Below, piece after piece: positions 8,419 through 19,561 of a stretch of 37,111 nt of DNA (its first letter is position 1; each line of letters opens with the position of its first letter). Source of the DNA: Escherichia phage T7; the sequence record MZ375256.1. One strand, 5' to 3'. Under the pieces are notes generated by a model that saw only the letters and a program-made list of their open reading frames with translations, ran no database searches and was not told the DNA's origin. Made by a program: the position numbers and the translations under genes.

Positions 8419-9117
8419 ATGGCTAAGAAGATTTTCACCTCTGCGCTGGGTACCGCTGAACCTTACGCTTACATCGCCAAGCCGGACTACGGCAACGAAG
8501 AGCGTGGCTTTGGGAACCCTCGTGGTGTCTATAAAGTTGACCTGACTATTCCCAACAAAGACCCGCGCTGCCAGCGTATGGTCGATGAAATCGTGAAGTG
8601 TCACGAAGAGGCTTATGCTGCTGCCGTTGAGGAATACGAAGCTAATCCACCTGCTGTAGCTCGTGGTAAGAAACCGCTGAAACCGTATGAGGGTGACATG
8701 CCGTTCTTCGATAACGGTGACGGTACGACTACCTTTAAGTTCAAATGCTACGCGTCTTTCCAAGACAAGAAGACCAAAGAGACCAAGCACATCAATCTGG
8801 TTGTGGTTGACTCAAAAGGTAAGAAGATGGAAGACGTTCCGATTATCGGTGGTGGCTCTAAGCTGAAAGTTAAATATTCTCTGGTTCCATACAAGTGGAA
8901 CACTGCTGTAGGTGCGAGCGTTAAGCTGCAACTGGAATCCGTGATGCTGGTCGAACTGGCTACCTTTGGTGGCGGTGAAGACGATTGGGCTGACGAAGTT
9001 GAAGAGAACGGCTATGTTGCCTCTGGTTCTGCCAAAGCGAGCAAACCACGCGACGAAGAAAGCTGGGACGAAGACGACGAAGAGTCCGAGGAAGCAGACG
9101 AAGACGGAGACTTCTAA
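8419..9117 (+). CDS. 2.5: Single-stranded DNA-binding protein
   Basis: 232-aa ORF with acidic C-terminal tail ...DEDDEESEEADEDGDF. Confidence 0.95.
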   Translation: MAKKIFTSALGTAEPYAYIAKPDYGNEERGFGNPRGVYKVDLTIPNKDPRCQRMVDEIVKCHEEAYAAAVEEYEANPPAVARGKKPLKPYEGDMPFFDNGDGTTTFKFKCYASFQDKKTKETKHINLVVVDSKGKKMEDVPIIGGGSKLKVKYSLVPYKWNTAVGASVKLQLESVMLVELATFGGGEDDWADEVEENGYVASGSAKASKPRDEESWDEDDEESEEADEDGDF

Positions 9118-9537
9118 GTGGAACTGCGGGAGAAAATCCTTGAGCGAATCAAGGTGACTTCCTCTGGGTGTTGGGAGTGGCAGGGCGCTACGAACAATAA
9201 AGGGTACGGGCAGGTGTGGTGCAGCAATACCGGAAAGGTTGTCTACTGTCATCGCGTAATGTCTAATGCTCCGAAAGGTTCTACCGTCCTGCACTCCTGT
9301 GATAATCCATTATGTTGTAACCCTGAACACCGTTCCATAGGAACTCCAAAAGAGAACTCCACTGACATGGTAAATAAGGGTCGCTCACACAAGGGGTATA
9401 AACTTTCAGACGAAGACGTAATGGCAATCATGGAGTCCAGCGAGTCCAATGTATCCTTAGCTCGCACCTATGGTGTCTCCCAACAGACTATTTGTGATAT
9501 ACGCAAAGGGAGGCGACATGGCAGGTTACGGCGCTAA
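9118..9537 (+). CDS. 2.8: HNH endonuclease-family protein
   Basis: 139-aa ORF with GTG start; Cys/His motif CHRVMSN...HSCDNPLCCNPEH; clear paralog of the 17460-17852 ORF. Confidence 0.85.
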   Translation: MELREKILERIKVTSSGCWEWQGATNNKGYGQVWCSNTGKVVYCHRVMSNAPKGSTVLHSCDNPLCCNPEHRSIGTPKENSTDMVNKGRSHKGYKLSDEDVMAIMESSESNVSLARTYGVSQQTICDIRKGRRHGRLRR

Positions 9538-9967
9538 AGGAATCCGAAAGGTTGGAGCGTTTCGCTCTGGCCTAGAGGACAAGGTTTCAAAGCAGTTGGA
9601 ATCAAAAGGTATTAAATTCGAGTATGAAGAGTGGAAAGTGCCTTATGTAATTCCGGCGAGCAATCACACTTACACTCCAGACTTCTTACTTCCAAACGGT
9701 ATATTCGTTGAGACAAAGGGTCTGTGGGAAAGCGATGATAGAAAGAAGCACTTATTAATTAGGGAGCAGCACCCCGAGCTAGACATCCGTATTGTCTTCT
9801 CAAGCTCACGTACTAAGTTATACAAAGGTTCTCCAACGTCTTATGGAGAGTTCTGCGAAAAGCATGGTATTAAGTTCGCTGATAAACTGATACCTGCTGA
9901 GTGGATAAAGGAACCCAAGAAGGAGGTCCCCTTTGATAGATTAAAAAGGAAAGGAGGAAAGAAATAA
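9518..9967 (+). CDS. 3: Endonuclease I (Holliday junction resolvase)
   Basis: 149-aa ORF from MAGYGAKGIRK. Confidence 0.9.
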   Translation: MAGYGAKGIRKVGAFRSGLEDKVSKQLESKGIKFEYEEWKVPYVIPASNHTYTPDFLLPNGIFVETKGLWESDDRKKHLLIREQHPELDIRIVFSSSRTKLYKGSPTSYGEFCEKHGIKFADKLIPAEWIKEPKKEVPFDRLKRKGGKK

Positions 9968-10422
9968 TGGCTCGTGTACAGTTTAAACAACGTGAATCTA
10001 CTGACGCAATCTTTGTTCACTGCTCGGCTACCAAGCCAAGTCAGAATGTTGGTGTCCGTGAGATTCGCCAGTGGCACAAAGAGCAGGGTTGGCTCGATGT
10101 GGGATACCACTTTATCATCAAGCGAGACGGTACTGTGGAGGCAGGACGAGATGAGATGGCTGTAGGCTCTCACGCTAAGGGTTACAACCACAACTCTATC
10201 GGCGTCTGCCTTGTTGGTGGTATCGACGATAAAGGTAAGTTCGACGCTAACTTTACGCCAGCCCAAATGCAATCCCTTCGCTCACTGCTTGTCACACTGC
10301 TGGCTAAGTACGAAGGCGCTGTGCTTCGCGCCCATCATGAGGTGGCGCCGAAGGCTTGCCCTTCGTTCGACCTTAAGCGTTGGTGGGAGAAGAACGAACT
10401 GGTCACTTCTGACCGTGGATAA
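9967..10422 (+). CDS. 3.5: Lysozyme (N-acetylmuramoyl-L-alanine amidase) and RNAP inhibitor
   Basis: 151-aa ORF. Confidence 0.95.
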   Translation: MARVQFKQRESTDAIFVHCSATKPSQNVGVREIRQWHKEQGWLDVGYHFIIKRDGTVEAGRDEMAVGSHAKGYNHNSIGVCLVGGIDDKGKFDANFTPAQMQSLRSLLVTLLAKYEGAVLRAHHEVAPKACPSFDLKRWWEKNELVTSDRG

Positions 10423-12234
<1,812 letters not shown>

Positions 12235-12302
12235 CAGGATTCTTGACAGTTGTTTCATATGAAGAGATTGTTAAGTCACGATAATCAATAGGAGAAATCA
12301 AT

Positions 12303-14417
12303 ATGATCGTTTCTGACATCGAAGCTAACGCCCTCTTAGAGAGCGTCACTAAGTTCCACTGCGGGGTTATCTACGACTACTCCACCGCTGAGTACGTAAG
12401 CTACCGTCCGAGTGACTTCGGTGCGTATCTGGATGCGCTGGAAGCCGAGGTTGCACGAGGCGGTCTTATTGTGTTCCACAACGGTCACAAGTATGACGTT
12501 CCTGCATTGACCAAACTGGCAAAGTTGCAATTGAACCGAGAGTTCCACCTTCCTCGTGAGAACTGTATTGACACCCTTGTGTTGTCACGTTTGATTCATT
12601 TCAACCTCAAGGACACCGATATGGGTCTTCTGCGTTCCGGCAAGTTGCCCGGAAAACGCTTTGGGTCTCACGCTTTGGAGGCGTGGGGTTATCGCTTAGG
12701 CGAGATGAAGGGTGAATACAAAGACGACTTTAAGCGTATGCTTGAAGAGCAGGGTGAAGAATACGTTGACGGAATGGAGTGGTGGAACTTCAACGAAGAG
12801 ATGATGGACTATAACGTTCAGGACGTTGTGGTAACTAAAGCTCTCCTTGAGAAGCTACTCTCTGACAAACATTACTTCCCTCCTGAGATTGACTTTACGG
12901 ACGTAGGATACACTACGTTCTGGTCAGAATCCCTTGAGGCCGTTGACATTGAACATCGTGCTGCATGGCTGCTCGCTAAACAAGAGCGCAACGGGTTCCC
13001 GTTTGACACAAAAGCAATCGAAGAGTTGTACGTAGAGTTAGCTGCTCGCCGCTCTGAGTTGCTCCGTAAATTGACCGAAACGTTCGGCTCGTGGTATCAG
13101 CCTAAAGGTGGCACTGAGATGTTCTGCCATCCGCGAACAGGTAAGCCACTACCTAAATACCCTCGCATTAAGACACCTAAAGTTGGTGGTATCTTTAAGA
13201 AGCCTAAGAACAAGGCACAGCGAGAAGGCCGTGAGCCTTGCGAACTTGATACCCGCGAGTACGTTGCTGGTGCTCCTTACACCCCAGTTGAACATGTTGT
13301 GTTTAACCCTTCGTCTCGTGACCACATTCAGAAGAAACTCCAAGAGGCTGGGTGGGTCCCGACCAAGTACACCGATAAGGGTGCTCCTGTGGTGGACGAT
13401 GAGGTACTCGAAGGAGTACGTGTAGATGACCCTGAGAAGCAAGCCGCTATCGACCTCATTAAAGAGTACTTGATGATTCAGAAGCGAATCGGACAGTCTG
13501 CTGAGGGAGACACAGCATGGCTTCGTTATGTTGCTGAGGATGGTAAGATTCATGGTTCTGTTAACCCTAATGGAGCAGTTACGGGTCGTGCGACCCATGC
13601 GTTCCCAAACCTTGCGCAAATTCCGGGTGTACGTTCTCCTTATGGAGAGCAGTGTCGCGCTGCTTTTGGCGCTGAGCACCATTTGGATGGGATAACTGGT
13701 AAGCCTTGGGTTCAGGCTGGCATCGACGCATCCGGTCTTGAGCTACGCTGCTTGGCTCACTTCATGGCTCGCTTTGATAACGGCGAGTACGCTCACGAGA
13801 TTCTTAACGGCGACATCCACACTAAGAACCAGATAGCTGCTGAACTACCTACCCGAGATAACGCTAAGACGTTCATCTATGGGTTCCTCTATGGTGCTGG
13901 TGATGAGAAGATTGGACAGATTGTTGGTGCTGGTAAAGAGCGCGGTAAGGAACTCAAGAAGAAATTCCTTGAGAACACCCCCGCGATTGCAGCACTCCGC
14001 GAGTCTATCCAACAGACACTTGTCGAGTCCTCTCAATGGGTAGCTGGTGAGCAACAAGTCAAGTGGAAACGCCGCTGGATTAAAGGTCTGGATGGTCGTA
14101 AGGTACACGTTCGTAGTCCTCACGCTGCCTTGAATACCCTACTGCAATCTGCTGGTGCTCTCATCTGCAAACTGTGGATTATCAAGACCGAAGAGATGCT
14201 CGTAGAGAAAGGCTTGAAGCATGGCTGGGATGGGGACTTTGCGTACATGGCATGGGTACATGATGAAATCCAAGTAGGCTGCCGTACCGAAGAGATTGCT
14301 CAGGTGGTCATTGAGACCGCACAAGAAGCGATGCGCTGGGTTGGAGACCACTGGAACTTCCGGTGTCTTCTGGATACCGAAGGTAAGATGGGTCCTAATT
14401 GGGCGATTTGCCACTGA
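12303..14417 (+). CDS. 5: DNA polymerase
   Basis: 704-aa ORF, family A polymerase with 3'-5' exonuclease domain. Confidence 0.98.
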   Translation: MIVSDIEANALLESVTKFHCGVIYDYSTAEYVSYRPSDFGAYLDALEAEVARGGLIVFHNGHKYDVPALTKLAKLQLNREFHLPRENCIDTLVLSRLIHFNLKDTDMGLLRSGKLPGKRFGSHALEAWGYRLGEMKGEYKDDFKRMLEEQGEEYVDGMEWWNFNEEMMDYNVQDVVVTKALLEKLLSDKHYFPPEIDFTDVGYTTFWSESLEAVDIEHRAAWLLAKQERNGFPFDTKAIEELYVELAARRSELLRKLTETFGSWYQPKGGTEMFCHPRTGKPLPKYPRIKTPKVGGIFKKPKNKAQREGREPCELDTREYVAGAPYTPVEHVVFNPSSRDHIQKKLQEAGWVPTKYTDKGAPVVDDEVLEGVRVDDPEKQAAIDLIKEYLMIQKRIGQSAEGDTAWLRYVAEDGKIHGSVNPNGAVTGRATHAFPNLAQIPGVRSPYGEQCRAAFGAEHHLDGITGKPWVQAGIDASGLELRCLAHFMARFDNGEYAHEILNGDIHTKNQIAAELPTRDNAKTFIYGFLYGAGDEKIGQIVGAGKERGKELKKKFLENTPAIAALRESIQQTLVESSQWVAGEQQVKWKRRWIKGLDGRKVHVRSPHAALNTLLQSAGALICKLWIIKTEEMLVEKGLKHGWDGDFAYMAWVHDEIQVGCRTEEIAQVVIETAQEAMRWVGDHWNFRCLLDTEGKMGPNWAICH

Positions 14418-14462
14418 TACAGGAGGCTACTCCAAAGGCATAAAACTATAGGAGAAATTATT

Positions 14463-14762
14463 ATGGCTATGACAAAGAAATTTAAAGTGTCCTTCGACGT
14501 TACCGCAAAGATGTCGTCTGACGTTCAGGCAATCTTAGAGAAAGATATGCTGCATCTATGTAAGCAGGTCGGCTCAGGTGCGATTGTCCCCAATGGTAAA
14601 CAGAAGGAAATGATTGTCCAGTTCCTGACACACGGTATGGAAGGATTGATGACATTCGTAGTACGTACATCATTTCGTGAGGCCATTAAGGACATGCACG
14701 AAGAGTATGCAGATAAGGACTCTTTCAAACAATCTCCTGCAACAGTACGGGAGGTGTTCTGA
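14463..14762 (+). CDS. 5.5: Gp5.5, H-NS binding protein
   Basis: 99-aa ORF. Confidence 0.9.
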   Translation: MAMTKKFKVSFDVTAKMSSDVQAILEKDMLHLCKQVGSGAIVPNGKQKEMIVQFLTHGMEGLMTFVVRTSFREAIKDMHEEYADKDSFKQSPATVREVF

Positions 14763-14971
14763 TGTCTGACTACCTGAAAGTGCTGCAAGCAATCAAAAGT
14801 TGCCCTAAGACTTTCCAGTCCAACTATGTACGGAACAATGCGAGCCTCGTAGCGGAGGCCGCTTCCCGTGGTCACATCTCGTGCCTGACTACTAGTGGAC
14901 GTAACGGTGGCGCTTGGGAAATCACTGCTTCCGGTACTCGCTTTCTGAAACGAATGGGAGGATGTGTCTAA
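14762..14971 (+). CDS. 5.7: Gp5.7
   Basis: 69-aa ORF. Confidence 0.85.
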   Translation: MSDYLKVLQAIKSCPKTFQSNYVRNNASLVAEAASRGHISCLTTSGRNGGAWEITASGTRFLKRMGGCV

Positions 14972-15129
14972 TGTCTCGTGACCTTGTGACTATTCCACGC
15001 GATGTGTGGAACGATATACAGGGCTACATCGACTCTCTGGAACGTGAGAACGATAGCCTTAAGAATCAACTAATGGAAGCTGACGAATACGTAGCGGAAC
15101 TAGAGGAGAAACTTAATGGCACTTCTTGA
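14971..15129 (+). CDS. 5.9: Gp5.9, RecBCD inhibitor
   Basis: 52-codon ORF MSRDLVTIPRDVWNDIQGYIDSLERENDSLKNQLMEADEYVAELEEKLNGTS. Confidence 0.8.
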   Translation: MSRDLVTIPRDVWNDIQGYIDSLERENDSLKNQLMEADEYVAELEEKLNGTS

Positions 15130-16018
15130 CCTTAAACAATTCTATGAGTTACGTGAAGGCTGCGACGACAAGGGTATCCTTGTGATGGACGGCGACTGGC
15201 TGGTCTTCCAAGCTATGAGTGCTGCTGAGTTTGATGCCTCTTGGGAGGAAGAGATTTGGCACCGATGCTGTGACCACGCTAAGGCCCGTCAGATTCTTGA
15301 GGATTCCATTAAGTCCTACGAGACCCGTAAGAAGGCTTGGGCAGGTGCTCCAATTGTCCTTGCGTTCACCGATAGTGTTAACTGGCGTAAAGAACTGGTT
15401 GACCCGAACTATAAGGCTAACCGTAAGGCCGTGAAGAAACCTGTAGGGTACTTTGAGTTCCTTGATGCTCTCTTTGAGCGCGAAGAGTTCTATTGCATCC
15501 GTGAGCCTATGCTTGAGGGTGATGACGTTATGGGAGTTATTGCTTCCAATCCGTCTGCCTTCGGTGCTCGTAAGGCTGTAATCATCTCTTGCGATAAGGA
15601 CTTTAAGACCATCCCTAACTGTGACTTCCTGTGGTGTACCACTGGTAACATCCTGACTCAGACCGAAGAGTCCGCTGACTGGTGGCACCTCTTCCAGACC
15701 ATCAAGGGTGACATCACTGATGGTTACTCAGGGATTGCTGGATGGGGTGATACCGCCGAGGACTTCTTGAATAACCCGTTCATAACCGAGCCTAAAACGT
15801 CTGTGCTTAAGTCCGGTAAGAACAAAGGCCAAGAGGTTACTAAATGGGTTAAACGCGACCCTGAGCCTCATGAGACGCTTTGGGACTGCATTAAGTCCAT
15901 TGGCGCGAAGGCTGGTATGACCGAAGAGGATATTATCAAGCAGGGCCAAATGGCTCGAATCCTACGGTTCAACGAGTACAACTTTATTGACAAGGAGATT
16001 TACCTGTGGAGACCGTAG
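15116..16018 (+). CDS. 6: 5'-3' exonuclease
   Basis: 300-aa ORF. Confidence 0.95.
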   Translation: MALLDLKQFYELREGCDDKGILVMDGDWLVFQAMSAAEFDASWEEEIWHRCCDHAKARQILEDSIKSYETRKKAWAGAPIVLAFTDSVNWRKELVDPNYKANRKAVKKPVGYFEFLDALFEREEFYCIREPMLEGDDVMGVIASNPSAFGARKAVIISCDKDFKTIPNCDFLWCTTGNILTQTEESADWWHLFQTIKGDITDGYSGIAGWGDTAEDFLNNPFITEPKTSVLKSGKNKGQEVTKWVKRDPEPHETLWDCIKSIGAKAGMTEEDIIKQGQMARILRFNEYNFIDKEIYLWRP

Positions 16019-16119
16019 CGTATATTGGTCTGGGTCTTTGTGTTCTCGGAGTGTGCCTCATTTCGTGGGGCCTTTGGGACTTAGCCAGAATAATCAAGTC
16101 GTTACACGACACTAAGTGA
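16006..16119 (+). CDS. 6.3: Gp6.3 small protein
   Basis: 37-codon ORF with GTG start, overlapping the gene 6 end. Confidence 0.55.
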   Translation: METVAYIGLGLCVLGVCLISWGLWDLARIIKSLHDTK

Positions 16120-16139
16120 TAAACTCAAGGTCCCTAAAT

Positions 16140-16162
16140 TAATACGACTCACTATAGGGAGA
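16140..16162 (+). promoter_or_regulatory. T7 promoter phi6.5 (class III consensus)
   Basis: taatacgactcactatagggaga; flanked by the R6.5 hairpin arms actcaaggtccc ... ggggcctttacgat. Confidence 0.9.
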
Positions 16163-16216
16163 TAGGGGCCTTTACGATTATTACTTTAAGATTTAACTCT
16201 AAGAGGAATCTTTATT

Positions 16217-16471
16217 ATGTTAACACCTATTAACCAATTACTTAAGAACCCTAACGATATTCCAGATGTACCTCGTGCAACCGCTGAGTATCTACAGGTT
16301 CGATTCAACTATGCGTACCTCGAAGCGTCTGGTCATATAGGACTTATGCGTGCTAATGGTTGTAGTGAGGCCCACATCTTGGGTTTCATTCAGGGCCTAC
16401 AGTATGCCTCTAACGTCATTGACGAGATTGAGTTACGCAAGGAACAACTAAGAGATGATGGGGAGGATTGA
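16217..16471 (+). CDS. 6.5: Gp6.5
   Basis: 84-aa ORF. Confidence 0.85.
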
Positions 16472-16475
16472 CACT

Positions 16476-16742
16476 ATGTGTTTCTCACCGAAAATTAAAA
16501 CTCCGAAGATGGATACCAATCAGATTCGAGCCGTTGAGCCAGCGCCTCTGACCCAAGAAGTGTCAAGCGTGGAGTTCGGTGGGTCTTCTGATGAGACGGA
16601 TACCGAGGGCACCGAAGTGTCTGGACGCAAAGGCCTCAAGGTCGAACGTGATGATTCCGTAGCGAAGTCTAAAGCCAGCGGCAATGGCTCCGCTCGTATG
16701 AAATCTTCCATCCGTAAGTCCGCATTTGGAGGTAAGAAGTGA
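16476..16742 (+). CDS. 6.7: Gp6.7 virion protein
   Basis: 88-aa ORF from MCFSPKIKTPK. Confidence 0.85.
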   Translation: MCFSPKIKTPKMDTNQIRAVEPAPLTQEVSSVEFGGSSDETDTEGTEVSGRKGLKVERDDSVAKSKASGNGSARMKSSIRKSAFGGKK

Positions 16743-17143
16743 TGTCTGAGTTCACATGTGTGGAGGCTAAGAGTCGCTTCCGTGCAATCCGGTGGACTGT
16801 GGAACACCTTGGGTTGCCTAAAGGATTCGAAGGACACTTTGTGGGCTACAGCCTCTACGTAGACGAAGTGATGGACATGTCTGGTTGCCGTGAAGAGTAC
16901 ATTCTGGACTCTACCGGAAAACATGTAGCGTACTTCGCGTGGTGCGTAAGCTGTGACATTCACCACAAAGGAGACATTCTGGATGTAACGTCCGTTGTCA
17001 TTAATCCTGAGGCAGACTCTAAGGGCTTACAGCGATTCCTAGCGAAACGCTTTAAGTACCTTGCGGAACTCCACGATTGCGATTGGGTGTCTCGTTGTAA
17101 GCATGAAGGCGAGACAATGCGTGTATACTTTAAGGAGGTATAA
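16742..17143 (+). CDS. 7: Gp7 virion/host-range protein
   Basis: 133-aa ORF. Confidence 0.85.
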   Translation: MSEFTCVEAKSRFRAIRWTVEHLGLPKGFEGHFVGYSLYVDEVMDMSGCREEYILDSTGKHVAYFAWCVSCDIHHKGDILDVTSVVINPEADSKGLQRFLAKRFKYLAELHDCDWVSRCKHEGETMRVYFKEV

Positions 17144-17146
17144 GTT

Positions 17147-17446
17147 ATGGGTAAGAAAGTTAAGAAGGCCGTGAAGAAAGTCCCCAAGTCCGTTAAGAAA
17201 GTCGTTAAGGAAGGGGCTAGTCCGGTTAAACAGGTTGCTGGCGGTCTAGCTGGTCTGGCTGGTGGTACTGGTGAAGCACAGATGGTGGAAGTACCACAAG
17301 CTGCCGCACAGATTGTTGACGTACCTGAGAAAGAGGTTTCCACTGAGGACGAAGCACAGACAGAAAGCGGACGCAAGAAAGCTCGTGCTGGCGGTAAGAA
17401 ATCCTTGAGTGTAGCCCGTAGCTCCGGTGGCGGTATCAACATTTAA
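17147..17446 (+). CDS. 7.3: Gp7.3 tail-associated protein
   Basis: 99-aa ORF, Lys/Val-rich N-terminus. Confidence 0.9.
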   Translation: MGKKVKKAVKKVPKSVKKVVKEGASPVKQVAGGLAGLAGGTGEAQMVEVPQAAAQIVDVPEKEVSTEDEAQTESGRKKARAGGKKSLSVARSSGGGINI

Positions 17447-17459
17447 TCAGGAGGTTATC

Positions 17460-17852
17460 GTGGAAGACTGCATTGAATGGACCGGAGGTGTCAACTCTAA
17501 GGGTTATGGTCGTAAGTGGGTTAATGGTAAACTTGTGACTCCACATAGGCACATCTATGAGGAGACATATGGTCCAGTTCCAACAGGAATTGTGGTGATG
17601 CATATCTGCGATAACCCTAGGTGCTATAACATAAAGCACCTTACGCTTGGAACTCCAAAGGATAATTCCGAGGACATGGTTACCAAAGGTAGACAGGCTA
17701 AAGGAGAGGAACTAAGCAAGAAACTTACAGAGTCAGACGTTCTCGCTATACGCTCTTCAACCTTAAGCCACCGCTCCTTAGGAGAACTGTATGGAGTCAG
17801 TCAATCAACCATAACGCGAATACTACAGCGTAAGACATGGAGACACATTTAA
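17460..17852 (+). CDS. 7.7: HNH endonuclease-family protein
   Basis: 130-aa ORF with GTG start after RBS aggagg; motif HICDNPRCYNIKH; paralog of the 9118-9537 ORF. Confidence 0.85.
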   Translation: MEDCIEWTGGVNSKGYGRKWVNGKLVTPHRHIYEETYGPVPTGIVVMHICDNPRCYNIKHLTLGTPKDNSEDMVTKGRQAKGEELSKKLTESDVLAIRSSTLSHRSLGELYGVSQSTITRILQRKTWRHI

Positions 17853-19462
17853 TGGCTGAGAAACGAACAGGACTTGCGGAGGATGGCGCAAAGTCTGTCT
17901 ATGAGCGTTTAAAGAACGACCGTGCTCCCTATGAGACACGCGCTCAGAATTGCGCTCAATATACCATCCCATCATTGTTCCCTAAGGACTCCGATAACGC
18001 CTCTACAGATTATCAAACTCCGTGGCAAGCCGTGGGCGCTCGTGGTCTGAACAATCTAGCCTCTAAGCTCATGCTGGCTCTATTCCCTATGCAGACTTGG
18101 ATGCGACTTACTATATCTGAATATGAAGCAAAGCAGTTACTGAGCGACCCCGATGGACTCGCTAAGGTCGATGAGGGCCTCTCGATGGTAGAGCGTATCA
18201 TCATGAACTACATTGAGTCTAACAGTTACCGCGTGACTCTCTTTGAGGCTCTCAAACAGTTAGTCGTAGCTGGTAACGTCCTGCTGTACCTACCGGAACC
18301 GGAAGGGTCAAACTATAATCCCATGAAGCTGTACCGATTGTCTTCTTATGTGGTCCAACGAGACGCATTCGGCAACGTTCTGCAAATGGTGACTCGTGAC
18401 CAGATAGCTTTTGGTGCTCTCCCTGAGGACATCCGTAAGGCTGTAGAAGGTCAAGGTGGTGAGAAGAAAGCTGATGAGACAATCGACGTGTACACTCACA
18501 TCTATCTGGATGAGGACTCAGGTGAATACCTCCGATACGAAGAGGTCGAGGGTATGGAAGTCCAAGGCTCCGATGGGACTTATCCTAAAGAGGCTTGCCC
18601 ATACATCCCGATTCGGATGGTCAGACTAGATGGTGAATCCTACGGTCGTTCGTACATTGAGGAATACTTAGGTGACTTACGGTCCCTTGAAAATCTCCAA
18701 GAGGCTATCGTCAAGATGTCCATGATTAGCTCTAAGGTTATCGGCTTAGTGAATCCTGCTGGTATCACCCAGCCACGCCGACTGACCAAAGCTCAGACTG
18801 GTGACTTCGTTACTGGTCGTCCAGAAGACATCTCGTTCCTCCAACTGGAGAAGCAAGCAGACTTTACTGTAGCTAAAGCCGTAAGTGACGCTATCGAGGC
18901 TCGCCTTTCGTTTGCCTTTATGTTGAACTCTGCGGTTCAGCGTACAGGTGAACGTGTGACCGCCGAAGAGATTCGGTATGTAGCTTCTGAACTTGAAGAT
19001 ACTTTAGGTGGTGTCTACTCTATCCTTTCTCAAGAATTACAATTGCCTCTGGTACGAGTGCTCTTGAAGCAACTACAAGCCACGCAACAGATTCCTGAGT
19101 TACCTAAGGAAGCCGTAGAGCCAACCATTAGTACAGGTCTGGAAGCAATTGGTCGAGGACAAGACCTTGATAAGCTGGAGCGGTGTGTCACTGCGTGGGC
19201 TGCACTGGCACCTATGCGGGACGACCCTGATATTAACCTTGCGATGATTAAGTTACGTATTGCCAACGCTATCGGTATTGACACTTCTGGTATTCTACTC
19301 ACCGAAGAACAGAAGCAACAGAAGATGGCCCAACAGTCTATGCAAATGGGTATGGATAATGGTGCTGCTGCGCTGGCTCAAGGTATGGCTGCACAAGCTA
19401 CAGCTTCACCTGAGGCTATGGCTGCTGCCGCTGATTCCGTAGGTTTACAGCCGGGAATTTAA
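17852..19462 (+). CDS. 8: Portal (head-tail connector) protein
   Basis: 536-aa ORF from MAEKRTGLAEDGAK. Confidence 0.95.
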   Translation: MAEKRTGLAEDGAKSVYERLKNDRAPYETRAQNCAQYTIPSLFPKDSDNASTDYQTPWQAVGARGLNNLASKLMLALFPMQTWMRLTISEYEAKQLLSDPDGLAKVDEGLSMVERIIMNYIESNSYRVTLFEALKQLVVAGNVLLYLPEPEGSNYNPMKLYRLSSYVVQRDAFGNVLQMVTRDQIAFGALPEDIRKAVEGQGGEKKADETIDVYTHIYLDEDSGEYLRYEEVEGMEVQGSDGTYPKEACPYIPIRMVRLDGESYGRSYIEEYLGDLRSLENLQEAIVKMSMISSKVIGLVNPAGITQPRRLTKAQTGDFVTGRPEDISFLQLEKQADFTVAKAVSDAIEARLSFAFMLNSAVQRTGERVTAEEIRYVASELEDTLGGVYSILSQELQLPLVRVLLKQLQATQQIPELPKEAVEPTISTGLEAIGRGQDLDKLERCVTAWAALAPMRDDPDINLAMIKLRIANAIGIDTSGILLTEEQKQQKMAQQSMQMGMDNGAAALAQGMAAQATASPEAMAAAADSVGLQPGI

Positions 19463-19482
19463 TACGACTCACTATAGGGAGA
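19460..19482 (+). promoter_or_regulatory. T7 promoter phi9 (class III consensus)
   Basis: taatacgactcactatagggaga. Confidence 0.9.
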
Positions 19483-19561
19483 CCTCATCTTTGAAATGAG
19501 CGATGACAAGAGGTTGGAGTCCTCGGTCTTCCTGTAGTTCAACTTTAAGGAGACAATAATA

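Noticed and set aside
12260-12270. catatg (NdeI site) inside the short gene 4/gene 5 linker, as a possible engineered cloning scar
   Set aside because: A 6-bp palindrome is expected by chance many times in 37 kb, and the surrounding sequence looks like native T7 gene 5 upstream sequence; no flanking vector or linker sequence.
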